A program made the translations under genes and the position numbers. 32,000 bases of DNA from Candidatus Heimdallarchaeota archaeon B3_Heim (GTDB lineage: Archaea; Asgardarchaeota; Heimdallarchaeia; Hodarchaeales; Hodarchaeaceae): the NCBI GenBank assembly GCA_003144275.1, contig NJBF01000009.1, forward strand, positions 62,594-94,593, read 5' to 3'. Below the pieces are notes generated by a model. That model was given only the letters and a program-made list of their open reading frames with translations. It was not told where the DNA came from and searched no databases. This document shows positions 1 through 10,073 of the stretch, in pieces. Numbering within the stretch: the first letter of the stretch is position 1; each line of letters opens with the position of its first letter.

Positions 1-1795
1 AGACAGCTCTCTTTCCTGACTTCATGAAATACTCTTGATTGGGATCAGCTATAATTAGATCGTAATCACTTTTTTGAATCGTAATTTGGGCACCATCAGC
101 TAATTCTAACTCAAATTCAATAGGTGAAACTATGCTTGAAGTAATTTCATATCCAATAACTTTTCCCCATATGGTCGTTTCCTTTTTTATTTTTGGTTTT
201 GCGAGTACAAAATGGTTAACAATTTTTTTAGCAGTCTCTTCCTCATAGGTAATTTCTAAATAGTCTTTGATATTACCAAAGTCACGAGAGTACTTCATTG
301 AGAGTAAACGATCCATTTCATTATGGGATTTCTGCAATTTTGCAATAGAACGGTTTCTAAATCCAGGAAGTAATAATCCCCAAATCATTAAACCCGCTCT
401 AATCGCGCCTATCGAATGATCTGCCTGCATTGCAATTCTTATTGAAGTTAACGGATGAGAGGCAATTAAATTCATGAAACAAGTCATACGGCTAGGAGCA
501 AGATTTTGGTACAAGTAGTAAGCTTGATCTCCCATGAAACGAATATTTTCATCTTTAGTACGTTTCTTTCCAGTCATCAACTGAGTATTGAATCCAATTT
601 CCCCAGCTATTCCATAATAAAATCCTTCAAGACGATATAATGATTCTGCTAATTCGATTCCATAGCCTTTTTGTCTAGTTATTTTGTCAGCTTGCCCTTC
701 TAACATTTTAACAAATGTCAATAAGATTGCAAATAAGGCTATATTGAACAACCAAAACGATAAAAAGTCCCAGGTTTGTTCACCAAGAAATACATATTCC
801 CAATAGGTCGCAGGAGCATCAATAATCAATTTCACAATCAACTCAAGAGCAGTTATACCAAGTAAGATCAATGTATGCTTTTTCTTTACATGAGCTAATT
901 CATGAGCCGTTATTCCTCGAATTTCTGTGTCGGTGAACTGATCTAAATCAGAAGCGATATAAGCTATTCGCTGATCAAACCATGGCCCGAAGGCAAAAGC
1001 ATTTAGAATCGGAGCTTCTACAATACCAATCTTACGAATCGGCGTCTTGATTTTCATCTGAACCTCTGAAATAATTGAGTGGACTCTTTCATCATCAAGA
1101 GGTTTTATTCCGTAAAGGATTGTTAGTAGAGGTCCCGAAATTAAGTAGATAAAGATATTTACTACAAAGATTGCTGGATATTTTACAATATCTGGAAAAT
1201 CGAGTTGAAGAATGACTAAGATTGCGACCAAATATAATATTAAATATGTCATCTGGGGGCTTATAAACCGTGTCACTACAATGAATTTACGACCAAATAG
1301 AAGAAATGCCGTGAAAACCATTACCCAGATTATTAAATTATAACCAACGCCAACAAAGAATTGCTGAATTTCAATTGCGTTACTAAACCCAAATGAAACC
1401 AAGAAATTCTTTAATGAAGCACCTAAAGATGGTATAACCTTTGAAGTTAAATATCCAATTGCTACCATAATGAAAAAGAAACCATAACTTATTGTAAAGG
1501 TTCCCATCATTCGTACCCATATTGGATTTTCACGTACTTCAAATGTTCCAATAACCATCAGACCCATTATACCTGCCAGTCCTGATAATAACATGTCACC
1601 TGTTAATGCAAATAATCCTGTTGCTAACACACCTATACCAGATAATTCCATGATATCAGGATAAGAGCGATATTTCAAATACTTCCTAAGTTCTAGGAGG
1701 AATATCACAAGTAGTAGTATAGATAAAAGACCAGATAATGTTTGCTCTGTTGAAAAAGAGTCTAATAGATCTAATAGATCATTTTGTGACAACAT
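1..1795 (-). CDS. M48-family (HtpX/Ste24-like) membrane zinc metalloprotease; 3' end runs off the window
   Basis: Not in the ORF track; translated by hand from ATG at 1795 (MLSQNDLLDLLDS...) and open to the window edge. Multiple hydrophobic helices, LNAFAFG, HELAH (HExxH, 889-903), LEGQAD (ExxAD) and ASHPLTSIRI. Confidence 0.88.
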   Translation of the reverse strand, partial: MLSQNDLLDLLDSFSTEQTLSGLLSILLLVIFLLELRKYLKYRSYPDIMELSGIGVLATGLFALTGDMLLSGLAGIMGLMVIGTFEVRENPIWVRMMGTFTISYGFFFIMVAIGYLTSKVIPSLGASLKNFLVSFGFSNAIEIQQFFVGVGYNLIIWVMVFTAFLLFGRKFIVVTRFISPQMTYLILYLVAILVILQLDFPDIVKYPAIFVVNIFIYLISGPLLTILYGIKPLDDERVHSIISEVQMKIKTPIRKIGIVEAPILNAFAFGPWFDQRIAYIASDLDQFTDTEIRGITAHELAHVKKKHTLILLGITALELIVKLIIDAPATYWEYVFLGEQTWDFLSFWLFNIALFAILLTFVKMLEGQADKITRQKGYGIELAESLYRLEGFYYGIAGEIGFNTQLMTGKKRTKDENIRFMGDQAYYLYQNLAPSRMTCFMNLIASHPLTSIRIAMQADHSIGAIRAGLMIWGLLLPGFRNRSIAKLQKSHNEMDRLLSMKYSRDFGNIKDYLEITYEEETAKKIVNHFVLAKPKIKKETTIWGKVIGYEITSSIVSPIEFELELADGAQITIQKSDYDLIIADPNQEYFMKSGKRAV

Positions 1796-2009
1796 TGTAA
1801 ATTTCACCGTACTTAGAAGGTCTAAAAGGATGATAGGATGTAAGTATGCCGATATTCTGAGGATATAAATGGCTACTGACCAGTTCTTCATAGTACTATC
1901 AGAAACATGATCAAATTTGTCTGACAATTTTAGTCATGTAATTATAAATGAGAACCATGGACTCTTATAATCAGAGTACTTCCTCTAAATCTAGTTGTGT
2001 GATGTATAA

Positions 2010-2909
2010 GTGAAAGGATCATCAAAACCTGATTGGATTCGGGCTAAAATTCCAACTGAAACGAAATTTAAAGAGGTTAGCAATCTAATTAAAAATCAAG
2101 GACTTCATACTGTTTGTGAAGAAGCGTTTTGTCCAAATAGAACCGAATGTTGGGAATCTGGAACTGCTACATTTTTGCTAATGGGTGTTTATTGTACCAG
2201 AGCCTGTAAATTCTGTGATGTGGATACTAAAAATCCTCATCAATATCTCGATATTGGTGAACCTCTGAAAATTGCAGAAGCTATCAAAACTCTTAGCCTG
2301 AAATATGTTGTTCTGACTTCCGTGACAAGGGATGATCTTCCTGATGGAGGGGCAAGTCATCTAGCTAATTGCATCAGGACAATAAAACAGGAAATGCCTT
2401 CTACACTGATAGAAATACTTATCCCTGATTTTAAAGGTAATGTTCAATCATTAAAAACCATTGCTAATGCTAAACCTGAAGTAATTGGTCATAATATGGA
2501 AACGACTGAAACATTCACCCCTAAAATACGTGATCCTAGAGCCAAATATCAACAATCATTATCAGTTCTAAAAACACTTAAAAATATCGACCCTGAAATT
2601 TTCACTAAATCTTCAATAATGTTAGGGTTTGGAGAGACTGATAAACAGATCCTTACCTCACTTAAAGATTTAAAAGACGTACATGTTGATATCATTACCT
2701 TAGGACAATACCTCCAACCTTCTAGAAAAGCTATTCCCGTTCATGATTATATTGAACCAAAAAAATTCGCATATTGGGAAAATAAAGCCAAAGAAATGGG
2801 ATTCTCTGCTGTAGTAGCAGGCCCTCTTGTAAGAAGTTCATACCAAGCTGGATTACAATATTCAAGAGTACGAAAAATAGTAAGGAAGAAGCTCAATGAG
2901 CAAGAATGA
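2010..2909 (+). CDS. lipA: Lipoyl synthase (radical SAM)
   Basis: CEEAFCPNRTEC auxiliary-cluster motif, CTRACKFC radical-SAM motif and C-terminal RSSY motif. Confidence 0.96.
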   Translation: MKGSSKPDWIRAKIPTETKFKEVSNLIKNQGLHTVCEEAFCPNRTECWESGTATFLLMGVYCTRACKFCDVDTKNPHQYLDIGEPLKIAEAIKTLSLKYVVLTSVTRDDLPDGGASHLANCIRTIKQEMPSTLIEILIPDFKGNVQSLKTIANAKPEVIGHNMETTETFTPKIRDPRAKYQQSLSVLKTLKNIDPEIFTKSSIMLGFGETDKQILTSLKDLKDVHVDIITLGQYLQPSRKAIPVHDYIEPKKFAYWENKAKEMGFSAVVAGPLVRSSYQAGLQYSRVRKIVRKKLNEQE

Positions 2910-3203
2910 AAAACACTATGATTTCAATATGGAAATAATTGTGAGCTTATACAGCAAGTGGAACGTGGAGAGAGCTTTTCTTGAATTGATCTAGAAAAAT
3001 CGTCCTTTTATCGAACACTCTAACTAGGCCCTGAAATTAGACCCTCGATATTTACATCTTCCTTTAAAAGAAGTGAATGTCTGGAATCTGAAAATTGGAA
3101 TAATAAGAAAATTCTTCAGAGTAAAGATTGAGCCTCTTCAATGCAAATGAGAATTAAAATTGACGGAACATTTCTCTAGATAGACATTAAAACTTAAAAT
3201 TGG

Positions 3204-4223
3204 GTGTTGGATCGATTAGATATGGGCCAAGTAAATCATGTATCACATCAAAAATGTCCAGAGTGCGGAGCGGTTGATAATATAGTTTCTGATCCAAGGT
3301 CAGGGCAATGGATTTGTGCGTGTTGTGGGGTTGTAGTAGATTCATTAATGTTTGATCAGGGACCGGAATGGAGAGCTTATGATTATCAAGAAGAACAAAA
3401 TCGTTCTAGAGGCGGTTCGCCACTTTCTTTACTCCAGCCTGATTTTGGAATTAAGACTCAGATAAGTAAATCTAGAAAAGATGGGAAAGGTCGAAAATTA
3501 TCTTCTAATAAAAGACTAGCTTATAATCGATTAACAAACGTCGATAATCACGCACATGAAAGCGAGATCCGCAACTTAAGAATTGCCTTGAGAGAACTTA
3601 AGAGGTTACGTAGTCAAATGGAATTGCCAGAAAGAACGGCCCAAATGGCAAGCTCTTATTATCGCCAGTGTCTCAAGAAAAATCTGATTCGAGGACGATC
3701 AATAGATGGAATGATTGCAGCAAGTCTCTATCTAGCCTGTCGCAAGACAAAAATTCCCCTTACACTAAAAGATATATCTATTAATGCTAATGTTTCAGCT
3801 AAAGAGCTGGGCAGATGTGTTAGGACAATAATTCAACATTTAAGAACAAAACCTGACTCTGGAAGACATGAAGCCTTAATTCATCGTTTAGGGGAAGAAT
3901 TGTCATTATCTATGCCTACACGGATGATTGCTGTAAAGATTGCGATTAAAACACGAGAGTGTGGAATTACTGTTGGTAAAAATCCAATGTCAATTGCTGC
4001 TGCGTGTCTGTATATATCAGGTGTAAAAACAGGAGAACGACGAACTCAACAACAAATTGCTCGAGCAGCTAAAACAACTCCTGTTACGATCAGAAACCGA
4101 TTCAAGGAAATTGTACGAATCTTAGGTATGGATGATATTGAGGTAAAACGTGGTGCTGCCGCGATTCCCGTTTTTATTGAGGATCCCAGATCATTATTAA
4201 GTGCCACACAGAATGTATTCTAA
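3204..4223 (+). CDS. tfb: Transcription initiation factor IIB (archaeal TFB)
   Basis: N-terminal Zn ribbon CPECG...CACCG, B-reader GPEWRAY, two cyclin repeats (RGRSIDGMIAASLY; GKNPMSIAAACLY) and TPVTIRNRFKE. True start may be ATG 3222. Confidence 0.95.
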   Translation: MLDRLDMGQVNHVSHQKCPECGAVDNIVSDPRSGQWICACCGVVVDSLMFDQGPEWRAYDYQEEQNRSRGGSPLSLLQPDFGIKTQISKSRKDGKGRKLSSNKRLAYNRLTNVDNHAHESEIRNLRIALRELKRLRSQMELPERTAQMASSYYRQCLKKNLIRGRSIDGMIAASLYLACRKTKIPLTLKDISINANVSAKELGRCVRTIIQHLRTKPDSGRHEALIHRLGEELSLSMPTRMIAVKIAIKTRECGITVGKNPMSIAAACLYISGVKTGERRTQQQIARAAKTTPVTIRNRFKEIVRILGMDDIEVKRGAAAIPVFIEDPRSLLSATQNVF

Positions 4224-4283
4224 ATTTATCTCCATTTTCTCCCTTTTTACTTTGGAACAATATCACTCTCATTACATGACAGT

Positions 4284-5552
4284 TCAATATTGATTTGCTG
4301 ACGGAGTTTTTGATTTATACTCAAAAATCAGAAATCCAATAACTATTCCAATAGCATGGAGTCCTAGGAGAACACCAATGCCTATGCCTGCAATATCTTG
4401 ATTCAAATTAAGTAGGTAGGCATTAAGAAGTTCGAAAGTGATGATTATTACTGAATTAGTTAATAGTAGAGCATTTTCTTTTGTGAATATCTTAATATTT
4501 CTCACTTTTGTCAAGAATTTGAAGAATGCGTATTTAAATTTGACTAATACAAATATAGAGAGAATAATTGTTAAAATAAATGCAATTAAGAGTAAAAAAT
4601 CCAAAAAGACAGTTATTTCCGAAGCGGATGTTTCCAATTGAGCCAGTAGAGAGAAAGAATTCCAGAAAGAATGAAAAAAAACGGCATATAATAATCCGTA
4701 ACGATAGAAAATTAGTCCAAGAACTACTCCAAGAAAAAATACAACGAATAAATGCTCGATAGTAAATCTAAATGAACCATTTTGTAGATCTGCAGGTAAG
4801 TGGTTAAGACTAAATATTGCACTGCTAAGAAGTATCACAGATACCTTTGAGGATATTCTCCCTTCTAAGAAAGAAATTACATGTTGACGAAAAATTATTT
4901 CTTCAAATAATGGTCCTATTATGATGACTAAGAGAGAAAAAAGTATTGTCACAAGAGGATTAGCAAAGTAAACATCATAGGGAGAAGAATGGGACGGAGG
5001 AACGGCAAAATAATCCAAAATATTGTCAATAAGAGTGATACTCATTTCTAACAAAGTAACTGAAACTAGAAAAACAATGACTAATAGGAGAACCGTTTGT
5101 TTTTTCCTTTTTACAGGATCAATCTTTATAACAGTAAATGGTACATACTTAATTAAAACAAGAATAAAAACAAGATTTGATATGATTGTAATAAAGAGAT
5201 TGAGAAACTCCATTATAACTGCATCATCAAAAACATTGAATGGTAAGAATATAATAACAACTGTTCCCACAATTAATTGAAATATAAAATAAGAAGAGAG
5301 TATAAATATTATCAATAGACTTGAATCGAACGGTAGAAGTCTTGTAATGTACCAGGGCGTTGTTTTTATTGTCGGTATTCGTGCTTCAGCATTTATAGAG
5401 GCAGAACATATTGGACATTCTGATAACTGGTTTGAATATAGGTTACCACAATTTGTACAAGTATTAATCCCCTCTATCGTTTCTCCACAGAAGATACAAT
5501 AACGATTAGCTGGAATATGATTACTACAATTAGGACAGATAACCCTGGACAT
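4284..5552 (-). CDS. Double zinc-ribbon plus CPBP (Abi/Rce1-like type II CAAX) intramembrane protease
   Basis: Four CxxC pairs at the N-terminus, then multiple TM helices with EEIIFR, FSLNH and HSFWNS motifs. Confidence 0.88.
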   Translation of the reverse strand: MSRVICPNCSNHIPANRYCIFCGETIEGINTCTNCGNLYSNQLSECPICSASINAEARIPTIKTTPWYITRLLPFDSSLLIIFILSSYFIFQLIVGTVVIIFLPFNVFDDAVIMEFLNLFITIISNLVFILVLIKYVPFTVIKIDPVKRKKQTVLLLVIVFLVSVTLLEMSITLIDNILDYFAVPPSHSSPYDVYFANPLVTILFSLLVIIIGPLFEEIIFRQHVISFLEGRISSKVSVILLSSAIFSLNHLPADLQNGSFRFTIEHLFVVFFLGVVLGLIFYRYGLLYAVFFHSFWNSFSLLAQLETSASEITVFLDFLLLIAFILTIILSIFVLVKFKYAFFKFLTKVRNIKIFTKENALLLTNSVIIITFELLNAYLLNLNQDIAGIGIGVLLGLHAIGIVIGFLIFEYKSKTPSANQY

Positions 5553-5684
5553 GGTATGTTCAACAATGGCTTTATAGGATGAGTTCCGCTAAAAAGGTAT
5601 TGGTTTAGGAAACGTATTAAACTTAATGCTTAAAATTGAGATTAAGAGGTTCATTCTTTTACACGTCCAAAGACTTCGGATTAC

Positions 5685-6713
5685 TTGAACGAAGAGGGTA
5701 TTTCAGTGCTACAACAATTTATTGACGAGGAAATAACGAAAAATTTAGCTAAGCAGCTAAATTCAGCAATTGAGGGACTTGAAAGCCCCACGAAAGATCG
5801 GATTCGTGAGTTTATTCTGTCCACTAAAGGAAAACAATTACGTCCAGCACTTATTGCAGTTACTACGAAACTTTTAATTCAAGATACTGAGTCACAGGAG
5901 TCGCGATTAGCTCGTGCGTATAAATTCGCAATTGTAATTGAATTACTTCATAATATGACTCTAATTCATGATGATTTGATTGATAATGCTCCCATTCGTC
6001 GTGGAAAGGATGCATTTCATATCAGGCATGGCACTGATCGGGCATTACATGATGTTGATGTTCTTCACGCATATGCTCTTACCCTCATTAAAGATGATCC
6101 CGCAGGGCTAAAATTAGTACTTGATTATGCTTATCAAGTAGGTTTGGGCAATGCAATCGAACTAGAAGACAGACTTGATCAGAACTTCGATTTTGAAATG
6201 TCACGCGTTATCAAAATAATGGAATATAAAACTGCGGTAGTATTTGCAGGTTGCGTTAGATTAGGATGTTTAGCAGCTAATCGTGAAGATTTATTTACAG
6301 AGGCATTAAACAAGGCAATTATCGCCGCTGGAATCGCTTTTCAAATTCAAGATGACTATTTAGACATTCTTGGCAATCCCGAAGAATTTGGGAAAATGCA
6401 ATTTTGGGACATTCAAGAATCAAAACGAAATTTGTTCCTACATTTTTCAATGCGAACAGAACATTCTACTAAAATCAAAGAAATATATAATAAGGATATC
6501 GGGCAAAAAAACAAGGAAGATATCGATATCGTCTTAAAAGTTTTTCAGTCTATTCAAGAAAAGGTAAAAGAAGTTCGCGACCAGTACGCTAAACTAGCAA
6601 TCGATGGCTTAAAATCTATTCAGGCTAATATAAATAAGGATGATTATCAAGCTGAAGAGTTAATCGATTTCTTGTTAATCCTATCGAAATACCTTATTGA
6701 ACGTAGTAAATGA
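5685..6713 (+). CDS. Polyprenyl diphosphate synthase (GGPP-synthase-like)
   Basis: GKQLRP, first Asp-rich motif IHDDLIDNAPIRRG, YKTA, and second Asp-rich motif FQIQDDYLD. Confidence 0.92.
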   Translation: MNEEGISVLQQFIDEEITKNLAKQLNSAIEGLESPTKDRIREFILSTKGKQLRPALIAVTTKLLIQDTESQESRLARAYKFAIVIELLHNMTLIHDDLIDNAPIRRGKDAFHIRHGTDRALHDVDVLHAYALTLIKDDPAGLKLVLDYAYQVGLGNAIELEDRLDQNFDFEMSRVIKIMEYKTAVVFAGCVRLGCLAANREDLFTEALNKAIIAAGIAFQIQDDYLDILGNPEEFGKMQFWDIQESKRNLFLHFSMRTEHSTKIKEIYNKDIGQKNKEDIDIVLKVFQSIQEKVKEVRDQYAKLAIDGLKSIQANINKDDYQAEELIDFLLILSKYLIERSK

Positions 6714-7599
6714 ACAAGTAATTATCTTCCACATTAATGGATTGGCTCAAATGAGCAAGCATAAGGATATTCACAAATATACGATAGAGTTTACAGAGAA
6801 TTTCTGGATCAATTTATTAGAAGTAGCTGGACACGGGAACGTTAAACAATTTATTATACAGGCCCTGAAGGTTGCCCTAGAAGCGCGTACAATCAAATCA
6901 TTGATTCTTTGCGGAGGAAAAGGTACTAGTTTTCGTCCTCTATCTGTTGCTACACCAGCTGTAATGCTCCCAATAGGATATCAACCAATTCTTGAATATT
7001 CTATTGACCTACTAAGAAAGCATGCGTTAACCGAAATTTTTCTTTCAGTGGGGTATAGAAAAGAGCATATCCAATATTTGATTACTGAAAAAGATTTTCC
7101 AGGTGTTAATCTTGGCTTTATATCTGAGGAAGAACCGTTGGATACTGCTGGTGCAGTTTTAAATGCGAAAAAACAGTTCAAATCAACATTCTTAGTTATG
7201 AATGGTGATTTAATTACAAACTTAGACTTAAGCAAATTGCTAGAATTTCATCGAACTGTTGTGAAGGAGGGTGGAATAGCTACTATGTTCGTTTTAGAAC
7301 ACGATGACAGTCAAGTAGAGCTAAATAAAGAAGTAAATCAGATAACAAGCTTTGTTAATAACAGCAAAAAAGGGTTTAATTACGTGAATGCTGGTGTGTA
7401 CATCTTTGAACCGGAAATTTTCCCCTATATCGATAAACAAGTGTCTTCACTTGAGAACGATATTTTTCCAGTGTTAAGTGAGGAAGGATTGCTTTATGGT
7501 TATCTTCCCGAAACACAAGTCTATTGGAATCATATAAATTCACCAAAAAAGTATAAAGAAGGATGGGCTGATTTTCTTTCGGGAAAATTAGATTTCTAA
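6697..7599 (+). CDS. NTP-transferase-fold (sugar-phosphate nucleotidyltransferase-like) protein with an N-terminal RHH-like extension; signature residues degenerate
   Basis: LILCGGKGTSFRPLSVATPAVMLPIG, EEEPLDTAGA, VMNGDLI and VNAGVYIFE. Likely start is ATG 6751. Confidence 0.8.
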   Translation: MNVVNEQVIIFHINGLAQMSKHKDIHKYTIEFTENFWINLLEVAGHGNVKQFIIQALKVALEARTIKSLILCGGKGTSFRPLSVATPAVMLPIGYQPILEYSIDLLRKHALTEIFLSVGYRKEHIQYLITEKDFPGVNLGFISEEEPLDTAGAVLNAKKQFKSTFLVMNGDLITNLDLSKLLEFHRTVVKEGGIATMFVLEHDDSQVELNKEVNQITSFVNNSKKGFNYVNAGVYIFEPEIFPYIDKQVSSLENDIFPVLSEEGLLYGYLPETQVYWNHINSPKKYKEGWADFLSGKLDF

Positions 7600-7650
7600 C
7601 GTATACCATAGGTCTTTTCCCAGACTGAACTAGATACGGGAAATTAACAA

Positions 7651-9180
7651 ATGCAAAAATATAAAATTCTTACGAAAATAACAGACATTTTTGCATCAGC
7701 TGTTTTACTATTTATACCATTTTACTTAGTAATAAGTATTTTCGATATAAGAAATTCACCAGATCTATTTTCCCTTATGTTAAATTTCTTACTTCTAGCA
7801 ATAGAAGCGTTTGGTTTAATTTTCTCTTATTATCTTGTGGATATGATAGCAGGTTCCTTCTTTTATAGGAGCACAAAGAACCTTACTGAAAGAGAGTCGT
7901 CCGAAAAGCCTTTTTTCAGTATCATAGTACCTTCCCATGGTACACCTTATTCCATACTAGAGCAAACACTCATTGGAGCCCTTAACCTAAATTATGAAAA
8001 TTATGAGTTAATCGTTAGTGATAACGGAAAAAATAGATCTGTGACAGGAAAGCTCCATAAATTCTGCAAGAAAAAAGGAATAGTTTTCTTTCATAAAAAA
8101 GATGAGAGAGGATTCAAGGCTGGTAATATAAACGCTGTTTTCAACCTCACTAAAGGAGACTTCATTATGATTCTTGATTCAGATCATATACCAGTTCCAA
8201 ATTTATTGCAGAAGTTTTGCTCCATCTTTGATGACCCAAAAATTGGTTTTATTCAAGCAAAGGTTTCCTATCGCAAGTCTTATCGATTATATCAAAAAGC
8301 AAACTCAATTCTATATTCTCAATTTTATGAGGTAATCGAAGCTGCAAAAGATAGAAGAGGTATGGTTTTATTCAATGGAACGACTGGTTGCTTTCGTAGA
8401 TCAGTTCTCAGCGCGATAGGAGGCTTTTCTGAGGATACTTTGATTGAAGATATTGATACATCAATGCAAATTATAGCACGAGGATATGAGGGCAAGTTCA
8501 TCAATTTTATAGGATCTTATGGACTTGTACCAGAAACTGCTAAGGCTCAAATAGCCCAGTTATGGAGATGGACACATGGAGCCTGTAATATCCTTCGTAT
8601 CAGGTTACGTCTACTACTCACTACTTCTCATATAGGCTGGTTTAAGAAATTTGAGTTAATATTAAACACAATGGCTTTTTTCTCTGGTATAAGTGTAGTC
8701 TTTTTCTTCAGTATCCTAGCTCTAATGGTATATGTAGGTACACCAATTCTTAGATATTCATTATTTGGATTTAATACAATTTACATTATGCCACTTCTCA
8801 TTAGCTTTTCTTACTCAACCATAGCTTTACTAACGATTTTGTGGGAGGAGAGGGAAGATCCATTCTTGATCCGAGTTCTCCATCTCATCCCCTTCTACCT
8901 TTTTTCGTTAGGATCATTTTTATTTTTAATTTCTGGTGTTCTAGAGGGTTTATTGTTACGCAATACTCCCAGAAGTGAGACCAGCGTATGGGATAGGCAA
9001 TTTAACATTCTTAGAAATTCAATACTAGCGTTATTATTTACAGGTCTGATAATAACTTTAACAATTCTCGGTTTACCAAATGAATATTCATATTTTATCT
9101 TAGGTGGAACGATAACTTGGGTGTTTGCACCCTTTATGCTGATTTGGGAGGAAATTTTCCCCCCAAAAACCGAAAACTAG
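7651..9180 (+). CDS. Processive GT2 glycosyltransferase (cellulose-synthase-like), membrane-bound
   Basis: FKAGNIN, ILDSDH (DxD), LIEDI and QLWRW (QxxRW) motifs, with N- and C-terminal TM helices. Confidence 0.9.
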   Translation: MQKYKILTKITDIFASAVLLFIPFYLVISIFDIRNSPDLFSLMLNFLLLAIEAFGLIFSYYLVDMIAGSFFYRSTKNLTERESSEKPFFSIIVPSHGTPYSILEQTLIGALNLNYENYELIVSDNGKNRSVTGKLHKFCKKKGIVFFHKKDERGFKAGNINAVFNLTKGDFIMILDSDHIPVPNLLQKFCSIFDDPKIGFIQAKVSYRKSYRLYQKANSILYSQFYEVIEAAKDRRGMVLFNGTTGCFRRSVLSAIGGFSEDTLIEDIDTSMQIIARGYEGKFINFIGSYGLVPETAKAQIAQLWRWTHGACNILRIRLRLLLTTSHIGWFKKFELILNTMAFFSGISVVFFFSILALMVYVGTPILRYSLFGFNTIYIMPLLISFSYSTIALLTILWEEREDPFLIRVLHLIPFYLFSLGSFLFLISGVLEGLLLRNTPRSETSVWDRQFNILRNSILALLFTGLIITLTILGLPNEYSYFILGGTITWVFAPFMLIWEEIFPPKTEN

Positions 9181-9189
9181 AGGAAGATA

Positions 9190-9810
9190 TTAATCGTTGA
9201 GAAAACGAAATCGACTCGCACCAATGAAATGGGCAATTCTAAGTGCTTCAGGAATTGTTCCAACCACCGTGCATTTTTTAATGAGCTGAAAAGCGTTCTC
9301 GAGTGAGATACCTGCAGTTTGTAAAAAAATTTGTGGATTTTTCTGAACCTTAATCGGTTCTCCAGCCCTTTTAATCGTTTCCCAACGAACTTGATTGTCA
9401 TCGAATACTTTCTCTAATGCAGACTGAATTTTCTGATAATTCGGGTATTTTCGAAGGACAACAATCACAGGAATAGTTGTCATCCTCCAGAGATGGTGGA
9501 TATCAATGATACCAAATCCCGCTATAGTTACTCCCTGGAGAAAAATGGCCCTGATTTGAGGCTTATGTGAACTTGCTGAAATCATGTTAGTCAAAATTTT
9601 AGTAGCTTGTGAATCATCTCTTTCCAATTGACTTTGGATGATACCATCAACATAAGCGGCTCCCTTCATGACTACTCCAAAAACAGGAACTTTCCTTTTT
9701 TCTTCTGAAAAACGATCAAACCCCCCATCATCGATACCGATAATAGGGGTTTTTGTTTTTACACTTCGCCATTGTCTGACTGATTCTAACACTTTCGACC
9801 GAACAACCAC
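9190..9810 (-). CDS. DUF99 family (endonuclease V-like) protein
   Basis: IIGIDDGGF, VFGVVMKG..YVDGI, GVTIAGFGIIDI and IPEALRIAH match my recollection of the archaeal DUF99 pattern. Confidence 0.85.
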   Translation of the reverse strand: MVVRSKVLESVRQWRSVKTKTPIIGIDDGGFDRFSEEKRKVPVFGVVMKGAAYVDGIIQSQLERDDSQATKILTNMISASSHKPQIRAIFLQGVTIAGFGIIDIHHLWRMTTIPVIVVLRKYPNYQKIQSALEKVFDDNQVRWETIKRAGEPIKVQKNPQIFLQTAGISLENAFQLIKKCTVVGTIPEALRIAHFIGASRFRFLND

Positions 9811-9824
9811 AATTCAACATAAAT

Positions 9825-10073
9825 TCAATATGAATCGCGAGATTGGGCAATAAATGTATTTCCACGAAGACTCCAAAGTTCATCTTTGAGCATGTCTCGA
9901 ATCGCAAATCGGATGGCTTCACTTCGGTTTGGATATCTACCCGTCCGTACAAGTTCATCCAGACCACTAACCTGATCATTTGGCAAATGTACTGTGATTA
10001 ATTTCATCATTATTTTATCAACCTCTTTCACTGATATACCTATTATCATGTTCTCTCGCTTTAAAATAGGCAT
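9825..10073 (-). CDS. Ribbon-helix-helix CopG-family regulator (CdrS-like); likely start ATG 10010 or 10007
   Basis: MKLITVHLP..QVSGLDELVRTGRYPNRSEAIRFAIRDML is the archaeal RHH signature. Confidence 0.88.
   Translation of the reverse strand: MPILKRENMIIGISVKEVDKIMMKLITVHLPNDQVSGLDELVRTGRYPNRSEAIRFAIRDMLKDELWSLRGNTFIAQSRDSY

Noticed and set aside
2897-3180. Possible lipB remnant or small ORF after lipA
   Set aside because: Only short frames with stops and no recognisable LipB motif.
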